Virus record (IMG/VR): IMGVR_UViG_3300020576_003495
Coordinates: 32,001-96,000 of that record
Direction: 5' to 3' (one strand)
DNA length: 64,000 nucleotides
From: a virus
Lineage: Duplodnaviria; Caudoviricetes
Numbering within the stretch: the first letter of the stretch is position 1; every line of letters starts with the position of its first letter. Shown piece after piece: positions 8,374-18,500 of the stretch. Under the pieces are notes generated by a model. That model searched no databases, was not told the DNA's origin, and saw only the letters and a list, made by a program, of their open reading frames with translations. Both the position numbers and the translations under genes were made by a program.

Positions 8374-9147
8374 ATGGCATGGGAAACAGTATCGAATTAC
8401 TACTCTGGTCAAGGCGTTGTTATGATTGGCCCCCGCGACACATCCGGCGCAAACGCGAAACCTGCTGGCTTGATCGAAGTCGGTAACGTCTCCGAACTCA
8501 AGTTGTCGGTTAATACGTCGACCGTTGAGCACAAGGAAACGACCACAGGCGCACGTGCTATTGACTTGCGTTTGACCACGGAAATCAAAGCTAACCTGAT
8601 GATGACCATCGAAAACTTCAGCGCGAAGAACCTCGCTCAAGCCCTTCGTGGCAAGACGGCTGCGGTGACTGGCTCAACGGTTACAGCAGAAGCTGTTAAG
8701 GCTTATCCGGGCTTCATCATGCCGCTGCAACACATCAAAGTGTCTGCGGTTACTGTCAAGACGGTCACTCCGTCTGCTTCATTGACGGCTGGCGATGACT
8801 ACGAAGTGAATCTGGAAGCTGGTTCTATCAAGTGGCTTGAAGGCGGCACGGGTGGTGTGACGGCTGGTGAAGATTGCGTTGTGAATTACACCTTTGCTAC
8901 TCAGAACCAAGTTGAAGCCCTGACCGAACCGATGCAAACCATTTGGATGCGCTTCGAAGGTCTGAACAGCGCCGACACCAACAAGCCTGTTGTTATCGAC
9001 GTGTTCAAGTTCAGCACCGACCCGCTGAAGGAACTTGACTTGATTGGCGACAAGGTTAACGCCTTCGCTCTTGAAGGAACGGTTCTGGCCGACCTGTCAC
9101 AACCGTCCGGCAAGTCACGCTACTTCGCTACCCGCATGCTGGCCTAA
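8374..9147 (+). CDS. Major tail (tube) protein
   Basis: YYSGQG, GNVSELKL, RFEGLN, LEGxVLxD motifs; biased codons; strong RBS. Confidence 0.85.
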   Translation: MAWETVSNYYSGQGVVMIGPRDTSGANAKPAGLIEVGNVSELKLSVNTSTVEHKETTTGARAIDLRLTTEIKANLMMTIENFSAKNLAQALRGKTAAVTGSTVTAEAVKAYPGFIMPLQHIKVSAVTVKTVTPSASLTAGDDYEVNLEAGSIKWLEGGTGGVTAGEDCVVNYTFATQNQVEALTEPMQTIWMRFEGLNSADTNKPVVIDVFKFSTDPLKELDLIGDKVNAFALEGTVLADLSQPSGKSRYFATRMLA

Positions 9148-9231
9148 GCTAGCGGCTTCTGCCTAAAAGGATAGGCTGCTCTGCTGTATAGCTTTGCGGC
9201 CTTTCTTTTCAACTGAACAAAGGAAAATATT

Positions 9232-9894
9232 ATGTCTCTCCAAACAGTAGGAAAGGACTTCGGCGTAGCGGGTTCTGTTGTTAATGATGGAACGCTTGCC
9301 AAGGTTCTTCAAGAACTCCAAGGCTTGAATATCTCCGTTGTCGCTGGTGCGGCTGCTGGTACGGCGATGAACGTTGCTGCGCTTCGCACTGAAGACACGG
9401 TTATTTCGGCGGTTGTCTCTACGGATGCTGGCGGCGCTCTGGCCGATGATACGGCCAACGTGACGATTCAATCCACCAAGGCTTTCGGCACGATCACCAT
9501 TTCTGGCAACCCGGTTGCTAATGAAACGTTCGTTGTCAATGGCGTAACTTACACCTTCAAGGCTGCGGTTACTGGCCCGAAGCAGGTTCTGATCACGGCT
9601 GGCAACAACACCACGATGGCTACGGCTGCGGCTGCGGCAATCAATGCTTACGAAACCACCAAGGTTGCTGTTGATGCGGGTGTTGTGGCTACGTCGGCTC
9701 TAGGTGTCGTTACGGTAACGGCTGTTGTCGATGGAACTGCTGGCAATGCGATCACCCTGACTGAAGCGGCTACCAACGTTGCTGTGACGGGCGCTGGTAC
9801 GCTCACAGGCGGAACGGCTACAGGAAGCATCAAGTCCACGACGAACCTCACGGGCAAGTCGGTTACGCTGTTCTGGTTCAACAAGACCGCTTAA
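9232..9894 (+). CDS. Ala/Thr/Val-rich structural or decoration protein
   Basis: Highly biased codons; beta-rich composition; terminator follows. Confidence 0.6.
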   Translation: MSLQTVGKDFGVAGSVVNDGTLAKVLQELQGLNISVVAGAAAGTAMNVAALRTEDTVISAVVSTDAGGALADDTANVTIQSTKAFGTITISGNPVANETFVVNGVTYTFKAAVTGPKQVLITAGNNTTMATAAAAAINAYETTKVAVDAGVVATSALGVVTVTAVVDGTAGNAITLTEAATNVAVTGAGTLTGGTATGSIKSTTNLTGKSVTLFWFNKTA

Positions 9895-9915
9895 CCTTCG
9901 GTTCTGCCACCAACC

Positions 9916-9945
9916 AAAAAGCCCCTTCACGGGGCTTTTGTTTTT
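9916..9945. terminator. Bidirectional terminator between tail genes and inverted cassette
   Basis: AAAAAGCCCC-TTCAC-GGGGCTTTTGTTTTT. Confidence 0.9.
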
Positions 9946-9957
9946 GGTGCTTTGCAG

Positions 9958-10203
9958 TTACTTGCAGCGGCGTTTCAGTTCGGCTTTGACAGCTTTAGCT
10001 GTCTCACCACGCCATGTCCCCGCGTTATTCAGGAAGTAGAGGACGATGCTCTTGGCACTATCGCAACCGTACTTGTCTTCGATGTTGATAATTTCAATCA
10101 TCGCTTGCAGATAGGGTTTAGCCGCAGGATGAACTTTATCCCCCCAATCCTTGCGGATGAGTTGAGCCAGTTGGTAGATCGTCAGTTCTTTAAGGTTTTC
10201 CAT
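9958..10203 (-). CDS. Conserved small phage protein (AxPYLxAM...YFLxNAxxWRGE)
   Basis: ATG 10203 follows the upstream stop with an AGGA RBS; motif recognised from phage hypotheticals. Confidence 0.7.
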   Translation of the reverse strand: MENLKELTIYQLAQLIRKDWGDKVHPAAKPYLQAMIEIINIEDKYGCDSAKSIVLYFLNNAGTWRGETAKAVKAELKRRCK

Positions 10204-10205
10204 GA

Positions 10206-10628
10206 TTAGTCCTTCACAATAAACGGCTTGTCCCACTCACCGACTTTAAGGTCGACGTAAAATCCACACTCGAAATAATCCGTTTGAATATCCGAGTTGT
10301 CATAGTTGCCGGTATTCAGCACCTTCAGGATTTTCTGAAAGACTTCTTTGTTTTCCAGCATCATAGGTTCGTGATACACGTTAACGCTGAAGTTGTCTTC
10401 TGCTAGCCTATCCCGCCCGACGTAGTTTTGACTATCGGCTCGATAGCCGGGGTTCTTAGCGTACACCGCACGGTTATGCTCATCAATCAAATCAACCGGC
10501 GCTGAACGAATAGTCATTACGAGGGTACTGTGGTGCCTCACGCCCAAGCTGTACTTCCAACCTTTCGGGACGACCTTTTTCAGTTGTTCCGCAATTTCCT
10601 TCTTTTTCTCTTGGCTCATGTAAGCCAT
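10206..10628 (-). CDS. Conserved phage protein, LPD29-like (DNSDxQTDYF)
   Basis: GGAGG RBS and own promoter; NYDNSDIQTDYF motif. Confidence 0.7.
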   Translation of the reverse strand: MAYMSQEKKKEIAEQLKKVVPKGWKYSLGVRHHSTLVMTIRSAPVDLIDEHNRAVYAKNPGYRADSQNYVGRDRLAEDNFSVNVYHEPMMLENKEVFQKILKVLNTGNYDNSDIQTDYFECGFYVDLKVGEWDKPFIVKD

Positions 10629-10660
10629 TTTGCCCTCCGTGGCAGTTAGTTCATGTAGTA

Positions 10661-10689
10661 ACTATATACTTTATAGCACCGTTTGTCAA
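10661..10689 (-). promoter_or_regulatory. Early promoter
   Basis: TTGACAAAC, TTGACA-N17-TATAGT on minus strand. Confidence 0.8.
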
Positions 10690-10868
10690 GAGTTACTTTT
10701 GAGTGTTGCTTTTACCGTGATATACCCTTTGGTTTGGATGAGTGCGTAATCCCAATAGTCCTGCGGATGTTGTTCCATGAAGCTAAGAATGTTTTCCGAG
10801 AACAGTTGTGGGTTGTTCTTCACCCAAGTCTTAGAAAACTCCGTTTCTCTGTCTGAATACTGTAGCAT
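10686..10868 (-). CDS. Small hypothetical protein
   Basis: AGGAG RBS on minus strand; stop codon overlaps the next -35 box. Confidence 0.6.
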   Translation of the reverse strand: MLQYSDRETEFSKTWVKNNPQLFSENILSFMEQHPQDYWDYALIQTKGYITVKATLKSNS

Positions 10869-10899
10869 GTTTAAATTCTCCTGTAGTGTTTGCCAAAAC

Positions 10900-11361
10900 T
10901 TACTTCTTAGGTTTCCCTACTTTGGTCAAGGTTTCTTGGTAGGCCAACGCCAGCTTTACTTGGGCGTCTTTTTCTTCACCCGTGAAGCCTTTACGCACGC
11001 TACTACTCGGGGACAAGTAGCTGATCAGTTTTTTGGTGACGATCTTAACTTGCTGGTATTGACCATCACCACTGTAAACCCCTTGTTCTTTGGCGTTACC
11101 GATGTCAATAGAATCGACTCTGCTGAAGCTGGCTGATGAAAGCACTTCACATAGAACAAGATCACCGACCTTGATTTCATCCGCACGCACTGAGCGTAGC
11201 GCATTAAGGTAGTCTTGGGCAGCACGACCACGTTTGGTCAGCTTGACGCCCTTGCCCCCGCAACCGTAGCAACGATCACCGTGCATCTGGTTGTAGGAGT
11301 AACGTCCTGACCCCCCGCAACGACCGCAGGGGACATTTTCAAATAAAAGGGCTTTGGTCAT
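10900..11361 (-). CDS. CxxCxGxG zinc-finger protein
   Basis: CGRCGGSG...CYGCGGKG; ATGA overlap with upstream gene sets start at 11361. Confidence 0.7.
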   Translation of the reverse strand: MTKALLFENVPCGRCGGSGRYSYNQMHGDRCYGCGGKGVKLTKRGRAAQDYLNALRSVRADEIKVGDLVLCEVLSSASFSRVDSIDIGNAKEQGVYSGDGQYQQVKIVTKKLISYLSPSSSVRKGFTGEEKDAQVKLALAYQETLTKVGKPKK

Positions 11362-11618
11362 TTGTATCTTTCGTAGCTTCTGATCTTGGATGACTTGTTG
11401 GCGTTGTGGTTGATGAACTTGACAGGGATGTTCCTGTCGCTCAACGCCCTGCAAAGTGCAGACAGGTCACAGTCTTCTTCAAGGTAGACATGCTCCCCAC
11501 GTTGATAGGAATAGCTGGAAATCTTGTCGGCTATGCCCAAGTCGGTAAGCAGCGAGCGCTTTACTTTACCCCAACCGTGTCCGGGGTCAGTGTAGTATTG
11601 GATTGTCTTGATTTTCAT
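11358..11618 (-). CDS. Conserved phage protein (DPGHGW...YLEEDCD)
   Basis: GGAG RBS; promoter upstream; recognisable motif. Confidence 0.75.
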   Translation of the reverse strand: MKIKTIQYYTDPGHGWGKVKRSLLTDLGIADKISSYSYQRGEHVYLEEDCDLSALCRALSDRNIPVKFINHNANKSSKIRSYERYK

Positions 11619-11645
11619 GTATCACTCCGTTGATTAGATAACTAC

Positions 11646-11673
11646 AGTATACAGCAATGACCACGTTTGTCAA
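11646..11673 (-). promoter_or_regulatory. Early promoter of inverted cassette
   Basis: TTGACAAAC, TTGACA-N16-TATACT on minus strand. Confidence 0.7.
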
Positions 11674-11748
11674 GCTGTTTGTTGTTGCAATTAATTTCAC
11701 GCAAGGGTAAGCTAGCGTTTTTCCCATAACACAACACAGGTGAAGCGC

Positions 11749-12219
11749 ATGGGCGTCAAAGTATCCGATCTATTCCCAGAGAAAACTTTCATACCGATCA
11801 ATGGCGTGAATGTTGAATTGCATCCGCTTTCTTTAACGCAGATTATCCACCTGCTGACGATCTATAGGCAAGACTTGATCATCATGTTTGCTGATAGTGC
11901 TGAGGGGAGCTTGAACTTGGTTTCTCTGGTAGCTACGGCACCCGTAATGGCGGCAGACATTATTGCGTTTGGCATCAACGCCGAAGATCAAATCGCTGAT
12001 ATTCGTGATCTTCCCGGCTTCACTCAAGTAGAACTACTAGCTGGTGTATGGGCAGCGAGCGTGCCTGACCCAAAAAAGCTGATGTCCTTGTTATCCGGGG
12101 CGATGGCAGGGTTGCAGAAAGTCGGAATAAGCCCCAGCCTAGAGCAAGAGCCAGACAGTACCCCTCCCGATACAACATTAGAAACCCTGCCGGAAGCCGC
12201 GCCCGAGTCTACAACCTGA
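11749..12219 (+). CDS. Tail assembly chaperone (G)
   Basis: Upstream of tape measure; contains A-AAA-AAG slippery site. Confidence 0.8.
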   Translation: MGVKVSDLFPEKTFIPINGVNVELHPLSLTQIIHLLTIYRQDLIIMFADSAEGSLNLVSLVATAPVMAADIIAFGINAEDQIADIRDLPGFTQVELLAGVWAASVPDPKKLMSLLSGAMAGLQKVGISPSLEQEPDSTPPDTTLETLPEAAPESTT

Positions 12220-12446
12220 TTGAAGACGTAGACGAGTCTTTGGGCAGTGCTGTTGATATGCTGATTGCGGCGGGGCACACCCTGTCTGACATCAAAGAGT
12301 ACAGCGTTAAGCAGATTCAGAAGTTTTCTGAGTTGTTCCGTCTAAGGAACAAGGTGTTTCTGTGCGAGTCCTCTATCTCTATGCGTGCTGCCTACCACGC
12401 AGATGGAAAAGCGTATAAAGCATTTATTGATACTGCGTCAAAATAA
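12072..12446 (+). CDS. -1 frameshift extension of tail chaperone (GT)
   Basis: A AAA AAG at 12072-12078; the -1 frame is open to TAA 12446 and includes the 12240 ORF. Confidence 0.8.
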   Translation, partial: KKADVLVIRGDGRVAESRNKPQPRARARQYPSRYNIRNPAGSRARVYNLIEDVDESLGSAVDMLIAAGHTLSDIKEYSVKQIQKFSELFRLRNKVFLCESSISMRAAYHADGKAYKAFIDTASK

Positions 12447-12503
12447 GTTAGGTTAGGTCTGCTTGTGTCAGAATTGCCGTAGATACCGCTCAGGGATTTT
12501 TTC

Positions 12504-15500
12504 ATGGCAATTACGCAAGAAGTACAGATACTGCTTAAGGCAGTTGATGGATTCACCCCCACAGTAAAGAAAATAAACGCGGCTATAGTCGGTCTGGGGG
12601 GAGCCTTTGACGGCATAAAGAAGAATATCGCTGGCGTTGCTGATTTAGTAGCGCGGTTAGAGTCGTCCCTCGTAGGTATAGGCAGGGCTGTAGCCCCTGC
12701 ACTGTCTAGCGTACAGAGCCAGCTTGACGCTATAGCCAGTAGCACAGAAAAAGCAATAGCAGCACCAACAAATAAGGCGTTAGTAAACAAAGCATCAGCT
12801 ACGGCAAATGAGCAAAAAGCCGTGGGTCATGGTGGGGACGCTGTTGGTCACCCTTTCCGTGGGAACCAGTACACCACGGTAGATGCTTCTGGGTTGATTG
12901 TTCCTAGACTGGTAAATAAAGAATCAACCAATTCGTCCAGTGTGATTGAACATCAGACGGTAGTTCAACAAAAGGTTGATAGGAAAGACGAAACCCACGC
13001 AGAGAAGAACACAGCAGCATCGGTTCCTACCGCTACCCAACCAACTGTTCCGGGTCAGGCCGCTCCTGCGGGGTTTATTTCCAAGCTGTTGCAGCATATC
13101 CCCGAACAAGAAGGTCACGCTTCTCCGGGGGCACCTAAAGTCCATGACATACCCGGTGCCAGTGGTGTCCATGCGCTTACAGAGGGTTTTGGTGAACTGA
13201 AAGAAGGTGTTGGTGCGTCCAACGAAGCCCTTGAAAAACTTTCGAATCTAATAAAAGTTTTAGGCAGAGGCTACCTGCTTCTGCAAGGCGTTAAGCTGTT
13301 TGAAGAAATGGCGGGTGAAGCGGCTGAAGTAGAGCGTCTTGGTACCGTGGTTCACATGGTCGGTGCTAATGCAGGATACATGGCGTCAGAAGTAGATGCC
13401 GCCGATAAAAAGGTTCAATCGCTTGGCATTACGGCATCTGCATCACGAACATCCTTGACTGAATTCATCAAGTCTGGCCTTGCTTTGGAAGGTGCGGCTA
13501 AGCTAGCCCGAGCAGCACAAGACTTAGCGGTTATCTCTGGTGAAAATTCTTCCGACACTTTCCGTGGGTTGACTGAAGCGATTAGTGAGCAGTCCATTAT
13601 GATGCTGCGCTGGCGCGGTATCAGTGTGACCAACGAAGAAGCACAACAAAAATTTGCTGCACAGCAAGGACGTTCTGTATCGTCACTAACCGAAGTTGAG
13701 AAGAAACAAGCCCTTCTGAATCTAACATTGGAAAGGGCGGCATCGCTGTCAGGCATTTATGAAGCTGCGATGGGTGACGTGGGGAAACAAGCGTCATCGC
13801 TCGCACGTTATCAGGAAGAAGCTGCGGAGACACTGCAACATGCCATGCTCCCTGCGTATTCTCAGGTGGTTACTGAGCTAACCATTTTCCTGCGCAACTT
13901 ACGGACGTTGACCGAAGAATACAACGCAGCGCACCATGGGTCTACGGGATTCAGTGACGGTGTTGGCCTTGTCGCAAGAAATATTAGAAAGGGTCTTGAA
14001 ACACTCGTTTCCTACCGGCAAGAAATAACCACGCTAGCCAAAGCCTATATTGCCTTTAAAGCGGCTCAGGCTGGTGTCTCATTCTTTGCTAATGCCAAGG
14101 ATACGGCTAAAAAAGGCTTTGGAAATCTCGCTGAAGGTAAATCTTGGGGAGGCAAAGCTAAGGGTGAGTTAGCCCATGACAAAGAACAGGTTGCTACGGA
14201 CGAAGCCAAGGTTAAAGCAACCACGGCACATGCGGCTGCGTCCACGAAAGCTGAAATCGCCATTACAGGCGAAGCAACAGCCACAGGGCGTCTGGCTGGG
14301 GCAGTTAATGCCACAGCGATAGCGTATGAACGGATGGCTGTTTCACGTGCTGCGGCGTTAAAGAATCCGCTGAGCATGGTTGCCGGTGAAGTCCAAAACA
14401 CTAATAAAGCAGCACTGCAAACGACGCCTACAGGGTCTGTAGCACAAAAGACACCCGTTAAAGTGCCAACACAGCCAACTGTATATCCCGTTGATGTTGC
14501 CGCTAAAGTAAAAGCTGTAGAGCGTCCTAAGCAACCCGTCAATATCATGTCGGCTAGTGTTAATGCCGCACTGAATAATCCAAACGGAAATCTTGGATAC
14601 ACGCAATACAACCCTGCGGGTAAATTGGTTAACGATGGGGGCAGTTTCAGCGGACAGCGTGCTAGTGCGGCACTAGGCTATCGCCCACGCCCTGTAGATA
14701 ACGCACTGAGCCTTGTTCCCGTAGTAGCCTCACGCTCCCCAACAAAAGCACCTACAGTCACAGCAGAGGCGTCTGGCGCGTCTAACGTTGCTAACGCTGC
14801 CAGCACCATAGCTCCGGCTGTAATAAGCGCAACAGGCGCTGTAGGGGTGCTAGGAAAGGCATTTACTGTTGTCGGCGGAATCATCAAGGGAATCTGGTCG
14901 CTGCTTGGCGGTATTCCGGGGATAATTATAGGTTTGGCAGGGTATTGGCTTGTCTTTGGTGGGGGTGTTGAAAAGATTGGTAAGGTCTTCGATGTTATTG
15001 CCCACACAGCAATGAACATTAAAGACACCATCCATAGCTGGTTCTCTGGTGACAACGAAAAGAAGGAACAGCTAAAGAACCGTATTGCGGATCGCAACAA
15101 AGCGTATGCTGAATCCCAAAAAGACGAAGCACATCTTGAACTACCTGAGTCCAAGGAATACAGCGGTCTATACAAAACCAAGCGGGACGCCGAAGAAAAG
15201 AAAATATACCTTGAGTACCAACAAGGGAAGATCGTGCAGCAACTCAAGGCATCCTACAACGTAGGTGACCAAGAGAAGTCGGATGAACTCAAGGAACAAA
15301 TCAGAACAGCCAAGGAAGAAGCAAAGGCCGCTAACGAAGCATTAGAAAAGTATGAAGAAGAAAACAAGGACAAGCTGACGCCGGGTGTCAAAAAACTAAT
15401 AACGTCCAAGGCGGATAAGGAAGCCTTCCAAAAGGGCATAGAGAACCAAAACAGGCTGGATGTAACTGATCTACAGAACACGCGGAAACAAACAGGGCAA

Positions 15501-18500
15501 GATCAGACCATCTTCAACTATGGGGCACCTGTGTCTATTGGGTTGATGTCGAACCTGAAAGAAGCACGTCTTGAGGTTGATGCGTTTTCAAAGAATATGT
15601 ATGGCGCTGACGCTAGTATTCAGCGTGTTACTCAAGCCTACGAAAACTTTATTGATTCTGCCAAGACAACAGGGGAAATTATTGTTGCTCAGCGCGAATG
15701 GCAAAAGCTGATAGATGAAAATGCCGCTAAGCTGGATGTTCTTACTCAGCTTAAAGGCGGTGCGTCCAAAGAAAAGGCGGGGGCGTCCCCGAAAGAAGCC
15801 GCTTTGTTTAAGGCAACGTCAGAAAGCATTACGGATGAAGCCAATAAATCGGGGGAAACCCCTGACGAAATTATTGCCAAGCGCATTAAGGCCGCAGAAG
15901 CGTTGAAGAGCGGGTTCACTGATTTTGGCAACCCATTGAAAGCTAGCCAGAAGCGCGAAGAAGAACTCAAGGCAAGCCCTGAAAAAGCCAAAGCGTACTA
16001 TGACGAACTTGTAAAAACAGGGGAAATCAGCAAGGAAGTTGCCACGTCTTTCGACGGTAACCTTGATGGTCAAATTGACCTAGCGCTAGGCCATGCGGCG
16101 GGGCTTACCAAAGAGTTTGAACGGCTTGGGGCGACGGTACAAAGCCTGTCTGCTGAAAAAGCCGCGTTCAACGCTTGGGAATTGGCGATAGATGAGTTAA
16201 CCAAGAAAACAGAGTACTTCGCCAAGCAGATAGCCAAAGTCAAAGAACTCAACGATGCGCAGTTCCAACTAGAAACCAGTGCCCTTAGTGGGGCTGAATT
16301 CAAGGGGGATAAAACGTCTACCGTAATGGCGTCTATTAACGTAGAGGCTGAAAGAATAAAATACGAAAGGGCAATGGCTTACATCAAACTTACGGCTGAC
16401 AAGCGTAAGGCGGTATCCACCGTGTCAACGCAGACAGGTTTGGATAGCGATTCCACCAAGAAAGAAACCACGCTTGCCAACGAAAGAGAGACTTACGAAA
16501 AGTCGCTGAAAGCGTATCGTGAAGAACACAAGGCTGAGATAGAAGGCACGCCAGAAAAAGCAAAAGACTCACATGGCACAGAGGGAAAGAAGAACTCAGG
16601 CTTCTTTAACATCCTAGTCAACGGCTATAACGTCAAAGATGATAAGGTTGTGGCTGGTGTTGTTGAAGCCAAGGAAAAAGGAAAAGTAGAAGTACCGGAA
16701 GCCGCTAAAAAACCAGCAACGCCAGAAGTTAAGGCCGCTACCGCCCCAACTCCCCCTGTTGCTACTACCACGAAGAAAGAAGGGTCAGGGGTAGAGGATG
16801 TTATCCGTAACACAGAAGAAAAGAAAAAAGCACTAGAAGAACGTCTGGTAAAAGAAGGTAAAGGGCGTGAGCTAGAGATTTATACGGCTGAACAGAAACT
16901 TACAGAACTGAAGAAAGCAAAAGACAAAGTTTTGGCTACGGAGTCGGCCAAAACAAAAGAAGACGCGGAAACCAAGGTAGTAGAGCAAGAAAAGAAGGTT
17001 GCAGAGCTAAAAGATGCTTTAGCACGCGACAAGAAATTTGCCAGCGCGGCGTATGTCACTAATCGCCTTGAGTCACTGAACGCTAAGCCTGTAAGTGAAC
17101 TTACTGCGTCAGAAAAGGAAGAAAAAACACAACTTACCCAAGCCAACGCCAAAGGGGTCGACACAACAGGAACGAAGTCGCTCACTCTGGAAGGCACGTC
17201 CAGTGATAAGGCGCAGCTTGATAAGTACAACTTTGTATTAGAAAACGCGGAAAAACAAAAGAAGTCTGAGGATAAGTACAAAAAAGAAGCTGCAACACGA
17301 GAAGACTCAGCGAGTACTAATGCTAAGGAATCTAAAGCCAATCTGGAAGAAAAGGCTGGCATCTCTGCACTTGCGCTGGACGCTGATTCGGCTAAAGATC
17401 GCCTGAAAGTATCGCAGAATTACTACGATGCCCTGCGTAAGCAGTTGGATATTTATTACGCTGGCTACACGGCAAAAGTAGAAAGCATGCGTGATATTCA
17501 CAAAGGGGAAATCGACCTAGCAACCACGCTGGTTAACCAACGGCATGGTGACGTTATTGCTGGCGAGCAAATGAAGTTCAACCCGCTCAAGGAAAATATC
17601 TACTCCGCTGAGGCCGCTCAAGGGCAAGCCAAGTTAGGTGCCGAAGGCGCTAAGTACGAAGAAAACTTGTCGGCCTTGAAAAAGAGTGAAGACAAGCAGA
17701 AAGAGATGGTTAACAAGGGAGATGCTACACCCCACGACAAGCAGTTGCAGCTTAACCAAATCGAAGCCGAAGGCATCACTAAACGGCTTGCTTTGAACAA
17801 GGATTATTTCAGCCAACTCAATAGCTTGCGTGAAGATGCTCTAGCAAAGGCTAAACAACACGCCCAAGCGGCTGTTGATTTCGAGAAGCAGGCACGGGAT
17901 ACGATCCTTGAGGGGAATAAGACGCTACGGGAAATGAACCGTACTAACATGTCTGCCCCAGACAAGTACATAGACCAGAAAAAAGAATACGCTGAAGCCA
18001 TGTCCCGTGGCGAAGAAATGCGCAAAGCGGGTGACTTCAAGGCCGCAGAGAAGCAGTTCCAGAGTGCACAAGGCATGGCTAGCGGACTTCTTAACTCCGA
18101 TGCCGTTGACCCGCTTACAGCTAAACGCGAGGCTATGGAAAGGCACGCTGCTGCGACACAATCTCTAGTGGGTGTGCAGACTGAACAAGGGTCAATAGAG
18201 AGGGCTGGTGAAGCTAGCCAGATGGCTACGGTTCAAAACGTGACGGAAACCATGTCGCGTCTTTCCGAGAGCATGCACGAACTTGCCACAAACGCTGAAG
18301 TCAAGCTGAATCCTAAGCTTGACGAGGCCGCTATTGCTGACATACAAAAACAGCTTAACGGCGTTACTGCGGATCACACGGCTGATATAAAAGTAGCTTT
18401 GAACAACGAAAGCGTAGACGCACTGTACAAATCGGTTCAAGGTGCCCTCGATAATCACACGTTCTCTGTAAACATCGAAGAAGCCAACGTTAAGGGCAGT

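Noticed and set aside
8374-9894. Contractile tail (sheath plus tube)
   Set aside because: No sheath-sized gene or baseplate J-like gene recognised; layout fits a non-contractile tail
12240-12446. Independent TTG-start gene
   Set aside because: Better explained as the -1 frameshift extension of the tail chaperone
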